This document shows positions 1-12,185 of a stretch of DNA of 64,000 nucleotides, one piece after another (the stretch's first letter is position 1; every line of letters starts with the position of its first letter). The notes under the pieces are model-generated. The model had not been told where the DNA came from. It did not search any database and was given only the letters and a program-made list of their open reading frames with translations. This DNA comes from Oopsacas minuta (Eukaryota > Animalia > Porifera): assembly GCA_024704765.1 (NCBI GenBank), contig JAKMXF010000066.1, positions 372,001-436,000 of the forward strand, read 5' to 3'. The position numbers were made by a program, and so were the translations under genes.

Positions 1-1072
1 GGGAATTCCCTTTCCGACTACGATACCCAGATGGAGAGCTGCATAAATGATGTTCCCAGGTGAATATAAATATGATGTATAATAATCCCTAATTGAATTT
101 TATTTTAGTGGTAACATAGAAATATTCATCAAAACTCTGACTGGTAAGATAATCACTCTTTATGTTAAGCCTACTGACACTATTGAAGTATTACGTGCTA
201 ACATCCGAGACAAGGAAGGGATCCCTTCCAACCAGCGGCTCATATTTGCTGGGGAACAGCTAAAAGATGAGAGAACCCTATCCGACTACAATATCAAGAA
301 CGGGAGTACACTCCATTTGCATGTAGTATTCCGGCTTAAGAATGGCATACAAATATTCATCAATACTCTGACTGGTAAGACAATAACTCTTTATGTTAAG
401 CCTAGTGACACCATTGAAAACGTATGTTATCAAATTCAGGACAGGGAAGGGATCCCTCCCGACCAGCAACGCCTCATATTTAGAGGGAAACAGCTGGAAG
501 ATTGGAGAACACTATCCGACTACAATATCAATAACGGGAGTACACTCCATTTAGTACTCCGGCCTAAGAATGCCATGGAAATATTCATCAAAACTCTGAC
601 TGGTAGGACTATCACCCTTGATGTTGGGCTTAGTGACACCATTGAAAACGTGCGTTATAAGATTCAGGACAAGGAAGGGATCCCTCCCGACCAGCAACGC
701 CTCATATTTGAAGGGAAACAGCTGGAAGATTGGAGAACACTATCCGACTACAATATCAATAACGGGAGTACACTCCATTTAGTACTCCGGCCTAAGAATG
801 CCATGGAAATATTCATCAAAACTCTGACTGGTAGGACTATCACCCTTGATGTTGGGCTTAGTGACACCATTGAAAACGTGCGTTATAAGATTCAGGACAA
901 GGAAGGGATCCCTCCCGACCAGCAACGCCTCATATTTGAAGGGAAACAGCTGGAAGATTGGAGAACACTATCCTACTACAATATCAATAACGGGAGTACA
1001 CTCCATTTAGAACTCCGGCTTAAGAATGGAGAAATAATTAGAAGATGGATGAACACTATTCTACCTAAATAG
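1..1072 (+). CDS. 5'-partial gene encoding four tandem divergent ubiquitin-like units (exons <1..59, 109..1072); no unit ends in Gly-Gly
   Basis: GT at 60 and TTTAG at 104-108 join in frame (...VPS|[13 protein letters not shown]). Four ~76-aa units match ubiquitin ([24 protein letters not shown]...TLHLVLR) but end RLKNG/RPKNA. The exon/intron junction mirrors the paralog at 3048/3125. Confidence 0.88.
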
Positions 1073-1471
1073 GTAATACGAAGGATAGCTGTTAGTCATC
1101 CCCCAACACAGATTAGTGTAATTATGCCACAATATGCTAATTATAGGAATGTAATATAGTCGTATACATAGAGATTATAATAGCTGAGGTTTCATAATAA
1201 TACATTGTTTCAGGGGCGGATACGCACAGGTTTAAGAGAATCACGGTGATAAATGAGTAAATGTGTTGGATACCCGTTGGGTGTGTTTCTCCCCTTTGCT
1301 ATTCTATTGGACATCAAGTGCCACTATTTGACACCAACCAAATTTGTCTGACCAATAGGCTACTAATATATGTGATTATGACATCTCAGGGCACCGCCCT
1401 CCTCTGTATGTAACTCTGATTGATTATATATCAGCCATAATTGTCATTGGGGTCACAGCTAAAGTAACTAA

Positions 1472-1580
1472 CCATTAGAATGGCATCAAAAATGGGATAG
1501 AACAGTTCGATGATATCTCCTAACAAATCGACGAGAAATTCGACCTTCTCATCTGCCGATTGATCTTAAGGATACATGCT
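1472..1580 (+). pseudogene. Decayed copy of the 5' end of the coiled-coil/ubiquitin-like gene family
   Basis: CCATTAGAATGGCATCAAA...GATAGAACAGTTCGATGATATCTCC..CAAATC..GAGAAATTCGACCTTCTCATC closely matches 2505-2610, but has an indel and an in-frame TAA. Confidence 0.75.
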
Positions 1581-2194
1581 CTCTTAAGCCCGCCATACAT
1601 ACATTTTTCTATCGAGATGTTGATTGGTGCTGCTATAATTATACACACTGTGCGAAGAAGATTACTTGGATAAAGACGAATAATCTCAATTCAGTGAATT
1701 CACAATTCTTATAAGAGCCAGTCACACAGTCAGGACTTCATGAATATAAAGTAGTGCTTTGGATTGATATTGTTACCTTATAGCTTAGTATCATAGTCAG
1801 TCTACCCGGGCACTGATTAGTACAAACTAGACAAATTGCTACAAATTTTGCATACATACATTTGGAGCCTAGATTGCCTTAGAGTAGCCAATTCAATACC
1901 TACGTCTCCTTCGATACGATTGCTCAAGTTGAACTGATCAATTCTTATTATACAACTAACTGGTGTAAATCCAAACGAGTGATTTAATTCTGTTAGTTTA
2001 TTAATTATAAGAATGTTGTTACAACAAATTTGGATAAAGTAACAAATAATAATATGTATTATACGTAGTTTGTTATTAACTTACAAGAAATCTGATAGGT
2101 CTATAGATCATCTATCGTCTATAACTATGTCTATCATGGGTCACAACTAAAGTAACTAACTAACAGACGAGGGCAATCTCTTTTTGGTACTCCA

Positions 2195-2356
2195 GGTACT
2201 GACACCATTGAGATATTGAAGCAATATATCCATGATAAAGAAGGGATACCCCCAGACTACCAGTTAATTTCTTTTGCCAGTAAGCAGTTGGAGGATTTGG
2301 CTACCCTCTCCAAATACAAAATCCAGTATAGGAGCACTCTGAACATAGTTTATTAA
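2195..2356 (+). pseudogene. Degenerate ubiquitin-like fragment
   Basis: Translates [53 protein letters not shown]. No start codon or ubiquitin N-terminal strands were found. Confidence 0.7.
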
Positions 2357-2512
2357 TAATATTTAGGAAACATGACTTCATATCCCTTGGATTATAAAAC
2401 CCTCGTTCTAACTATATTTATAGTTTATACATAAATTATTTGAATGTTTTAATCCCAAATTGGATAATTAACTTTAATAATCACACATCTGAATTATCAA
2501 ATAGCCATTAGA

Positions 2513-3842
2513 ATGGCATCAAACATACCATCCAATGAGATAGAACAGTTCGATGATATCTCTAAACAAATCCAAGAGAAATTCGACCTTCTCATCCGTC
2601 GATTGATCGTAAGGAGAGATGGTCTCTTAGACAGACTATTACAACTCAAGGAGGATTATATCAACAAAGAAACAACTCGAATTTCATCCATAAAAGATCT
2701 AGAAAGAGCACGAAAAGAAATAGAGGAATTGAGGAGTAGAGTAAATACCAATAATCAGATCCATGAACAAGCTGCTCAGTTATACGATAAGGGTCTTGAG
2801 GATCTCAGAGCACCAACAAATCTACAAATCCCTGCATTCCATTATCCATCATTACAACAAATCAAATCACTAATTGATCAATTCGGGGAGATAGAGTTGG
2901 AGGTGCCTAAGATAACACCTCAAGATAAGAGTAAATCTGTGCTGGATAAAGTCATATCCATCAATAGTGATAGGAAACAGCTGGAAGATGAGAGTACTCT
3001 ACCTGTCTACGATACCCAGATGAAGAACTGCCTACATGTTGTTCCGAGGTGAATATACATATGATGTATAATAAAATTTGTCTATGGAGTATACATTTTT
3101 ATAACTAATTATATTGTATTTCAGGGATAACATAAAAATATTCATCAAAACTCTGACTAGGACTATCACCCTTGATGTTGGGCTTAGTGACACCATTGAA
3201 AACGTGCGTTATAAGATTCAGGACAAGGAAGGGATCCCTCCCGACCAGCAACGCCTCATATTTGAAGGGAAACAGCTGGAAGATTGGAGAACACTATCCG
3301 ACTACAATATCAAGACCGAGAGTACACTCCATTTAGTACTCCGGCACCGGGGTACCATGCGAATATTCATCAAACCTATAACTGGTAAGACTATCACTCT
3401 TGAGGTTGAGCCTAGTGACACCATTGCAAACGTGTGTGCTAAGATTCAGGACAAGGAAGGGATCCCTCCCGACCAGCAACGCCTCATATTTAGAGGGAAA
3501 CAGCTGGAAGATTGGAGAACACTATCCGACTACAATATCAATAACGGGAGTACACTCCATTTAGTACTCCGGCCTAAGAATGCCATGCAAATATTCATCA
3601 AACCTATAACTGGTAAGACTATCACTCTTGAGGTTGAGCCTAGTGACACCATTGCAAACGTGTGTGCTAAGATTCAGGTCAGGGAAGGGATCCCTCCCTA
3701 CCAGCAACGCCTCATATTAGCAGGGAAACAGCTGGAAGATTGGAGAACACTATCCTGCTACAATATCAAGAAAGATTTTACACTCCATTTAATGGTCCGC
3801 CCTCGCTCAGAGCTAGAATTTGAAGAGAGCAATATGAATTAA
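2513..3842 (+). CDS. N-terminal coiled-coil protein with a partial plus three full ubiquitin-like units, join(2513..3048,3125..3842)
   Basis: ATG at 2513; heptad-like helical N-terminus; GT 3049 / TTTCAG 3124 splice keeps frame (VPR|DNIKIFIK). Units end RHRGT, RPKNA and RPRSE, with no LRGG. Confidence 0.88.
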
Positions 3843-4680
3843 ATATTGAAAATATATTTACTAATAAAACTGCTTTTTTGAAGTTATATTTGCTGTGATT
3901 ATAATTCTTTAATTTGTATGGAATTTTAATTATCGAATATTCTAGGGTTAAATAAGTAAGACCAGTTTGGATTGAGGTGTATCGAAATAGGCAGCTGCAC
4001 TATTTATACCTTGGAATCGCAGAATATTACGAGATCACTTGGCAAAAGTCGAGATATTTTGTTCCGTTCCCGGAGGCTTTTTCCCGCTGTAGGCCACTAC
4101 TAACAAGTTTTACTTGTAGTGTATACGAACCTACATACTAAATAGTAGCATAGCTGCATAATTTTCCATCAGTATTACTTAATTGACCTGTTTTCTTGAA
4201 ATGTTAACTTTATGAATCCTTATTGGAGGCTTCAATATTGTCTATTGAATCCAGGTTCCATCAATATGTGCAACAGAACTTATCAAAATTGAGATTATTT
4301 TCCCCCAATATATTGTCTCATATTCTTATCTGGTTAATGTTATTATGTAAATTGCAACAACGACTTTTTCATTGTTACAGTCTATTGGACTGATAACCTC
4401 AGCTGCATAACATTACGTCTATATGTCTGTCTACCTTACAAAAATTGCCTAATTTAATGAGTAACGCGGGTGTATTAGCCGTCCATTTTCTTGGAGTTAT
4501 AATAACAGACTTGTGAATCATATAGCCTCTAGTAGTACAATCAGAGTCTGTACTAAAAATATATATCTCACTGGTAATTTGAGAGTAATCATTATATGTT
4601 ATGAATTCCTATAAATAAAGCTTCTATAGTAGGCTAAGCATCAATTCAAAAGAACAATCTAATATCTATTATCCAACGCA

Positions 4681-7600
4681 ATGTCAATGGAAAAGCCGCG
4701 ATTCAAAGTAAGAGCTCAACTACCCGACGAGGAATCACCACACACATTCACGATTATGCCATCTGTCGCATTCCCAATGCTACACACCCACTTGAAGGAA
4801 ATTTCTGGGCTAAGTCAGATTATTGTGACGTACCAAGATGAAGAAGGTGACGATGTAACTCTGACTAATGAAGAGGAGTTCACAGAGGCTAAGAGGATGC
4901 TTGACCTCGGGAACATCTTATCACTACGACTTACAGTCACTGCAGGACCAAATGCTACCCCCTATAAGAAGGAAGAGCCTGTTATAACCACAACCTCCAG
5001 GCCACAGCCTACTCCACGATCTGCCGGGAAGACGAAGAAAACCGGATACTATCCCGAGCTGGCGGAGGAGCTGGGAGAGATGCTTCATGTATCTACACCA
5101 AAGGAATCTGTACCTGTGAACAGAAATACACAAACTACTCCTGACCTCACTAATGTAAGTTTAGTTGATTGGGGCCTTTTCTCATCTGGGTTCTTTAATT
5201 ATCGGAAATTTTGTCATCGAAAAAACATACATTGTAGAAAAGAAATAGACTTTTGGATGTAATTCCTTCTGATTATTTCGTATATATGATTTTTCTCGTG
5301 TAAAGAATTGGCAAAAAACTACTGTAATTCTCATTTATTTATTTTATACATTTTGAAATTCTTTAGAATAAATCTGAATGGACTGACTCTTTTCTCTCTA
5401 CTGCTTCTAAAGAAATAACAAATGTTCTAGACTCTCTACTCAAATCAGTAACAGCCGAGCCATCTTCTCTCATGAAGACCAGCTCCAGTAGCATGTGTCA
5501 TACGGGCATCCTCTGTAAGCTATGCAACAAAACTATAATCGGGAATCGTTACAAATGTGGGAATTGTGCCGAGTTCGATCTCTGTGAACTATGTCTACTG
5601 AATCCAGATGCTCACGACCCCACCCACATACTAATGCTTATACGTCTGCCCTGTCCAGGAGCTGGATACATTGACGATGAACCTGTACCAATGCTACGAG
5701 AGAACATATACCAGCCTAACGACAACAATGAGGAAAAGTTATTCAAACAATTCTACGCTGATAAACAGGCTAATAAGAAAGCAAAAAAGGCTTTGAAGTT
5801 AGAAAGGAAAATAAAGAAGATGATACTGCCCCAACATGTAGAGGCTAAGGTAATTTAATATACTATCATAACATTTATTCGAGCTGTCCATACCTACTCT
5901 ATATGATCTCAAAATTTGTATTATAGTCTATGGAAAGGGGTCTACTGGTGAACGGTTATGAACTGTTGTTTTATTTATACGTAGAAAACTATACGATAGT
6001 TATTAATATTCATTTATCAAGATTTTATTGTGCAAATTCTACAATGCATATGACGTAATACATTACACGCTTATGACCAATTCGGGAAAAATCCTTATAT
6101 GATTTATGGCTGCTAGTTGTCTGTATATGCTTAATAAAGAACCTTCTAATAATAATATTTCCATATACGTAGGTTGGAGCCTTACAGTCTGACATCGAAC
6201 TCAGGCGCAAAGAAATTAAAGAATTACGAGGAAAAATACGATCTACTAAGAAGGGCGTGGGTGTATTCTCTGAGGATATAGCATTACAAGAACCTTCTCA
6301 GGATTTCAGTGTTAGAATTCTAAGAGATACAAGCGAGTGTGCAGTCGTTCTTCCTATGAGTAGAGGTAGCTGTAAATGGCTTGTAGAAAACAACGGAGAT
6401 TCATTTTGGACTTCTGTTCGCTTCCATTGTGTGTCAGGAAATTTGTTAACAGATGAGAGACAGATTAGCTTGCCGTTCTGCTCACAGGGTGATCAGATAG
6501 AATTGGAGGTTCCCTTCACTGCCCCAGAGATCCAGGGCTATTACTACAGTAAATGGAGACTGTCACACCACGGGAAAGCATTCGGTCCATCTTTCAAAGC
6601 TGAGTGTAGAGTTATATTCGAGCATGTCTTATCTGATAAGAATGTAGAAGTAGATTCAGGTGCTGAAGATGATGAGGATCTAGCATCAGCTGATCAGGGC
6701 TTTGCTATAAGAGCATATCCTGGAGCTGGAGGCATGCAGCAACCTCTCATAGCTATTTCACATGAAGATTACTTGGAAGATAATTCTCTACAGGTTTGTG
6801 TTATTCCTAATTCATTATTTTATTTTGTCCATGTCCACCTACCTGAAAATCCTTAATTGAGAGCAGCTGCCTACGTTTTGTTGTTGCTTTACTTTGCAAG
6901 TGCGTAATTATAAATTAAATCATGCAATACATTGATTGTATTGCAATGATTTGATTGTCTAAATGGCTTAGTTTATAATTTTGTTGTGTTGAAACATGGA
7001 AAAGTCATAAACAATTTTTTGTGTATTAGCGATATTCAAATTCGACAATATATCATACCTGTATGATTAGTAAACCCCCGAATTCCCTACTACCCTGTTA
7101 TTGCTGACCAAACAATAATAATTTGATACGTAATAGTATTATGCCATATAAGGTTCAAAAGTTCAAATTCGTGCTATTTATTCAATTGAAATACAATCTT
7201 ATTCCTTAGCTCGTAATTCTAATTTTAGATAGTTTGAAGTTCGAAGCAAGTAATTTACCTTGCATGGAATTTGATATACGTACTGGCATGCTATTAATAG
7301 ATTTTAATGCTTTGTTCATACAGGTAATCTATTTTCTAATGAAAAATTTAATGAATTCATATTAGGTGTTGTTACGTTACGAAATTGAAATTGATGTGAT
7401 ATATGTTTTGGGTGAAAGAAACGAGAGTTACGACTTTCGAGGCCTCGTTGTACCCTTATCGAATTTCTAGTCGTTCTTAATATGCGAGATACTGCCATAT
7501 TGGGATAAATTTATGGATTATTGAGGGTAAAACTTTAGCATATATAAATTGATCGAATTCTTTATCTACCAACATGCCTTCTTGCAAATAATCATGCTTT

Positions 7601-8916
7601 CAATTACTTTGTCTGGTAACTTGATTATTGCACAATGTATGCACCTCTTTTGCAAAGGATCTCATAACAAGAATATCATTACGTATTATCTCATAACAAG
7701 ACTAATAAATTTATTGCATACGTCTGCTACACATACACACTGCAAAGTACGTGTCCATATAGATATTATTTATGGAAATTGGCTTATAAGCTATTTATGA
7801 AATATTCTATCATAGGCCTTGCCTAGAGAAGACACTGATAGTATTGACTTAGATGCTACAGAGCTGATACAAGAACATGACAGAAATTCTCCTCTCTTCT
7901 CAGACTCAGATCATGAGTTTTTACATGACGCCATTGACATCACACCCTCATCTCCTCCTCCCACTCGCCTCATATCTAATGGAGACACTGCTTCAGTAGC
8001 AAGTAGTTCAGCAGATAGCTTTATTGTAGTACAGATGCCAGATTCATTTGATCCCGATAAGCCAATGTATCTCAGTCAGGGTAACGAGACTATTCCTGCT
8101 AAGATAGTGCCTGATGCTACTAAGGAACAGATCTATGAGGACTCTAACGATTACTCTCCTTTGTCTTCTCTTGAACTCGTAAGTCCATCCATATCGCCTT
8201 CAGCTCCACCAGCCTTTACGACGCATTCACCTCAACCGAATGTATCCATAACCTCCAGATCTTCTGTCTCTCCTATGTCTAGCATTAAGTCATTCGTATC
8301 ATCAGTTGTAGATAAACTTGATGATAGTCTTACAAGGTCACTTACCCCTAAAGTACAGCAAAAAGAGGAACTATTTTCTTCCTGTGAAGATTTTTCACCA
8401 ATTGAATTTGACTTCTCCCAAACAACCTCTATGTCCTCCGTGACCCAGGAGTACACAGCCCCAGTCGATCTTACTACTCCTCTCTCCACCTCACAAACAG
8501 TCAATATCTCTCCTCCTATCTATGAATTCAACTTTGATCTACCCCCCTCTGAAAGCTTCATGGTACCAAATTCAGATACTACCCCTTGTGAAGCTAAACC
8601 AGCCGTCACTGAAGACACTGACCTGTGGTTATCTCAGTCCAGTGGAGCTGTATGCAGTAAAGAACAAGATCCTACTAAATGGATTGCTTCTAATGAAGCT
8701 TTTCCTAACCTTTCACTCACAAGCGAAGAAGAAGCATGGATAGCTCCTAGCGCTAACTGGAAACCAAAACAACCAACTACACTTCTTGAACGTCTCATGA
8801 AGATGGGATTCTGTAACAGAGAACTCAACATTAAGTTGTTAGAGGAGTATAACAATGAATTGGAGTTGGTGATCAATGCCCTGATTGAAGAATCTCAAGC
8901 TCCTTGGGTTCACTGA
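4681..8916 (+). CDS. NBR1: NBR1-like selective autophagy receptor (PB1-ZZ-FW-LIR-UBA), join(4681..5154,5367..5849,6173..6793,7816..8916)
   Basis: PB1 (VTYQDEEGDDVTL); ZZ finger (CKLCNKTIIGNRYKCGNCAEFDLCELC); FW/Ig-like domain (WLVENNGDSFW...GYYYSKWRL...FGP); LIR-like DSFIVV; C-terminal UBA (LMKMGFCNRELNIKLL). All four GT-AG exons join in phase 0. The FW domain favours NBR1 over p62. Confidence 0.9.
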
Positions 8917-9502
8917 TTCGTGTGGTGTGAGGAGTAAATTAGGCATAGTATTAAGTGACCTATTTTATACATTCTAAAACTGTTTTGTTGAGTACTGTAT
9001 ACAGTTATGCTCCTCCTTATATTATAAGTTAATTAATGTCTCTTCGTACTTTTGACTTTGTTGTTTGTTTCTTTGTTTTCATTATACATTTTAGGTATTT
9101 TGTGTGCTTTCGACTGTTTGGATTTTGACTTACCCAGCAGCTTTAGCTGTTATAATATCGCATAATTTGGCTAAGGTGTCTAGCTATTGTCAAGAGCTAA
9201 CTAGGAAATTAATTCATAACTTCCAATGCCACATAAATCGTTGAATAAATTCATTCGACATTTGGTAATGCACAATGCCAATTGGAATACCGTTAATAAG
9301 ATTTTTCGGTTAATACTAACTCCGGATATAGCGAACAGATTTTGAACGTATGTTTGGTTGGTGTTCGCATTATTAACGAGGTTCCATTGTATCTATATTC
9401 TCTCAAGGGTGCCAACGATTACAATTATTGGATAAATTACATATACAAGTTCCTTATATTTGTGTGTCTTTGAGTTTGCACTTTGCATATAGAGTTTAAG
9501 TG

Positions 9503-11578
9503 ATGAGTAGTGACAAACGTGTAATAGTGCTGATAGACATGGACTGCTTCTATGTACAGGTAGAACAACGTATACACCCTGAGTATAACGGTAAGCCATG
9601 TGTTGTTGTTCAGTACAAGTCATGGAAGGGAGGAAGTATTGTAGCTGTTTCCTACGAAGCGAGAGAGTTCGGAATCAACAGAAGAGGGTTTGGAGATGAC
9701 GCGAAAATGTTATGTCCTGATTGTCACCTTTTTCGTATACCAGAAAAACGCGGGAAAGCTGATCTCCAACGGTACAGAGATGCTGGGGCAGAGGTGATAA
9801 CCGCATTGAGTGATTTCACGAATTGGATAGAGAAAGCCAGTGTAGATGAAGCCTACATAGACATAACTGATCTTGTACGAGAAAGAGGAGAGAGTGCTAA
9901 TCTACGAGACGAGATATCAGATATACATGTAGCTACTTATAAGTCTAAGAGAGGAAGCAAAAAGTGGTTTGATAGTGATATTTCTCGGGGAGATAGGGAC
10001 TTGGCTATCGGTGGTGTTATAGCTGGTGAGATGCGGAAACATATATTAGAAAAAACAAAATTCCATTGCTCCGCTGGTGTTGCCAGGAACAAGAGCTTAG
10101 CTAAATTAGCTTGTGGAATTCGTAAACCGAAAGGACTGACAATTCTCCCACATTCTTGTGTGCAGGATTTGTTCAAAGAAGTTCCTGTTGATAAACTTAG
10201 GAATTTGGGTGGTAAGCTAGGTAGCAAAGTTATAGAAAAATTAGATGTAAAATTCATGGCTGAAGTATATAATATGGGACTTGATAAGCTAAGGAAAATT
10301 CTTGGTGAAAAAGATGGTGATTTTGTATTTGCTATGTCAGAAGGTACGTATAGTGAAGAGGTTAAGAAGAGACAGTTATCTAAGAGTATTTCTTGTGGGA
10401 AAAATTTCCTCGGCCCTGATACACTAAGAACACCTGATTCAGTGAAACATTGGCTGAATCAGCTGGCTCTTGAGATTGTAGAAAGGGTTACTAAAGATCA
10501 GCAAATTAATAAGAGAAAACCTTTGACAATTACTCTCTATTATAAACCGGTGGAGACGAGACATGGCATAACTCGTGCAGCTCCGTTCTCTGTCAACTGC
10601 GCGGATAGATTAACTGAAATTTGCTGGTTAGCTATGTCAAGGGATAAAGTACCTTCTCGTTTATTGAAAGGAAATTCTACAGAGGACAATGAGCTATGTA
10701 AAGCTATTGGGGTATCTGCTATAACTAGCTTGGGATTATCAGCATGTAATTTCACTCAAATAACTGAAAATAGTATACAAAACAAGCTAAACTTCAGTGT
10801 AGTAAACAATGATTCTAATAGTACTATGCTTCCTACAACTTCAAATATTGTAGAAGATACTCCTGAGATCCTTGAGATAGATCGGAGTTGTCATCCAGCA
10901 CTTATTGGCCTCAAAGAAGACATTGATGCTCAATTTGCTCTTAATTTCCCTAACCGTGGCCGTGATTTCAAATACACACAACGTTCTTCTATTTCTAACC
11001 CTCTTCCAAAGACGGATGCAGCTGCCTTTCTAGAATCAATTCCTTATGCAAATAGAGTATCAATCTCACATTTACCAACATTAATTGATCATGATTATAG
11101 CTCAGATGAACCTGAACCATTCAACTACCGAACTAATGTTATGCTAACTGCACGCGGAATAGACGTACCTACAATGCATTGTCTACCATTAAGTCTACAG
11201 GAAGAGATTCTACAGCATTTAGCAGATGATGCACGTCTGAATAGAAATATGTCTCTTAAGATTGAAGATTTTAGTAGTAGTTCGAATTCTGGATTCGGAT
11301 TCACTGCTCCTAAGAAAGAGAAGAGTGTTAAGTGTGTTACTTGTAATGAATCAGTACTACGGTCTAAACTGCAGGAGCATAAGGATTCTCATTTAGCACA
11401 TGCTATACAGGATATTTCTGAGTTTAGTACGTCTACACCATCTCTACCCAAACCGTCGGTGTCTAAAAAGGTTAAAATTGAGAAGACTTTGAAAAAGGGA
11501 GGTAGAAAGAAGAAACCTATCGTTAATACTGGGCAATCTACACTTAATATATTCTTTAATTCTAATTCTAATGAATGA
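9503..11578 (+). CDS. POLH: DNA polymerase eta (Y family), single exon
   Basis: IDMDCFYVQVEQ, VVQYKSWKGG, ASVDEAY motifs; UBZ (CVTC...EHKDSH); C-terminal NLS and PIP-like QSTLNIFF. First ATG at 9503. Confidence 0.95.
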   Translation: MSSDKRVIVLIDMDCFYVQVEQRIHPEYNGKPCVVVQYKSWKGGSIVAVSYEAREFGINRRGFGDDAKMLCPDCHLFRIPEKRGKADLQRYRDAGAEVITALSDFTNWIEKASVDEAYIDITDLVRERGESANLRDEISDIHVATYKSKRGSKKWFDSDISRGDRDLAIGGVIAGEMRKHILEKTKFHCSAGVARNKSLAKLACGIRKPKGLTILPHSCVQDLFKEVPVDKLRNLGGKLGSKVIEKLDVKFMAEVYNMGLDKLRKILGEKDGDFVFAMSEGTYSEEVKKRQLSKSISCGKNFLGPDTLRTPDSVKHWLNQLALEIVERVTKDQQINKRKPLTITLYYKPVETRHGITRAAPFSVNCADRLTEICWLAMSRDKVPSRLLKGNSTEDNELCKAIGVSAITSLGLSACNFTQITENSIQNKLNFSVVNNDSNSTMLPTTSNIVEDTPEILEIDRSCHPALIGLKEDIDAQFALNFPNRGRDFKYTQRSSISNPLPKTDAAAFLESIPYANRVSISHLPTLIDHDYSSDEPEPFNYRTNVMLTARGIDVPTMHCLPLSLQEEILQHLADDARLNRNMSLKIEDFSSSSNSGFGFTAPKKEKSVKCVTCNESVLRSKLQEHKDSHLAHAIQDISEFSTSTPSLPKPSVSKKVKIEKTLKKGGRKKKPIVNTGQSTLNIFFNSNSNE

Positions 11579-12185
11579 TGTTTATGTTTATGATTTCTAT
11601 TTAATCACTCAGTTTATAATCAATTAACTTTTGGATGATCTCTTAATATTGTATTTGAATACATTTCTAAGTTTGAAAAACTCTTTTCTTATATTAGATC
11701 AAGATTTAATTTGGATCTTTTTTGAGCCAACGAGTGTTTTACTCGCATAACCTATACTCGTGAATTATTTCTACATAATTCGCTGATTATTTTAAACTAC
11801 GAGTATATGTTTTTGGTTTTACAATTACATCCTACTGTGTAATCACAGCCACACTTATGAGTTATAACCACAAATACATTTCTCTGATAATTTTCTCTTT
11901 TCTGGTAAGGCAAGTTCAAAATTACGTAACACTTCCAAGGGGAGGTGAGTGGTAAGAAAGCTCTAGCCTTTACATATATATGATCATGACAATCTGGTTT
12001 TCATGAATTTTGTGTTTACCGTTATAACTGTCCCTAAATGAATGTTGAGCAATCGATGATAAGACTAGAACTCTTCCAGGTAATTTGACTAGAGAGTTTC
12101 TTTACGAACATCCCACATTGGTTATTCCAATTTTCTATTGTACAGAATTTAGTGAATAATTAATATTATTATTTATCAAAGTATC

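Noticed and set aside
317-3842. Calling these canonical polyubiquitin (UBB/UBC) genes
   Set aside because: Units are divergent and none ends in LRGG, so they cannot yield free ubiquitin.
7316-7800. Short ORFs in NBR1 intron 3
   Set aside because: AT-rich, no recognisable motif or paralog support.
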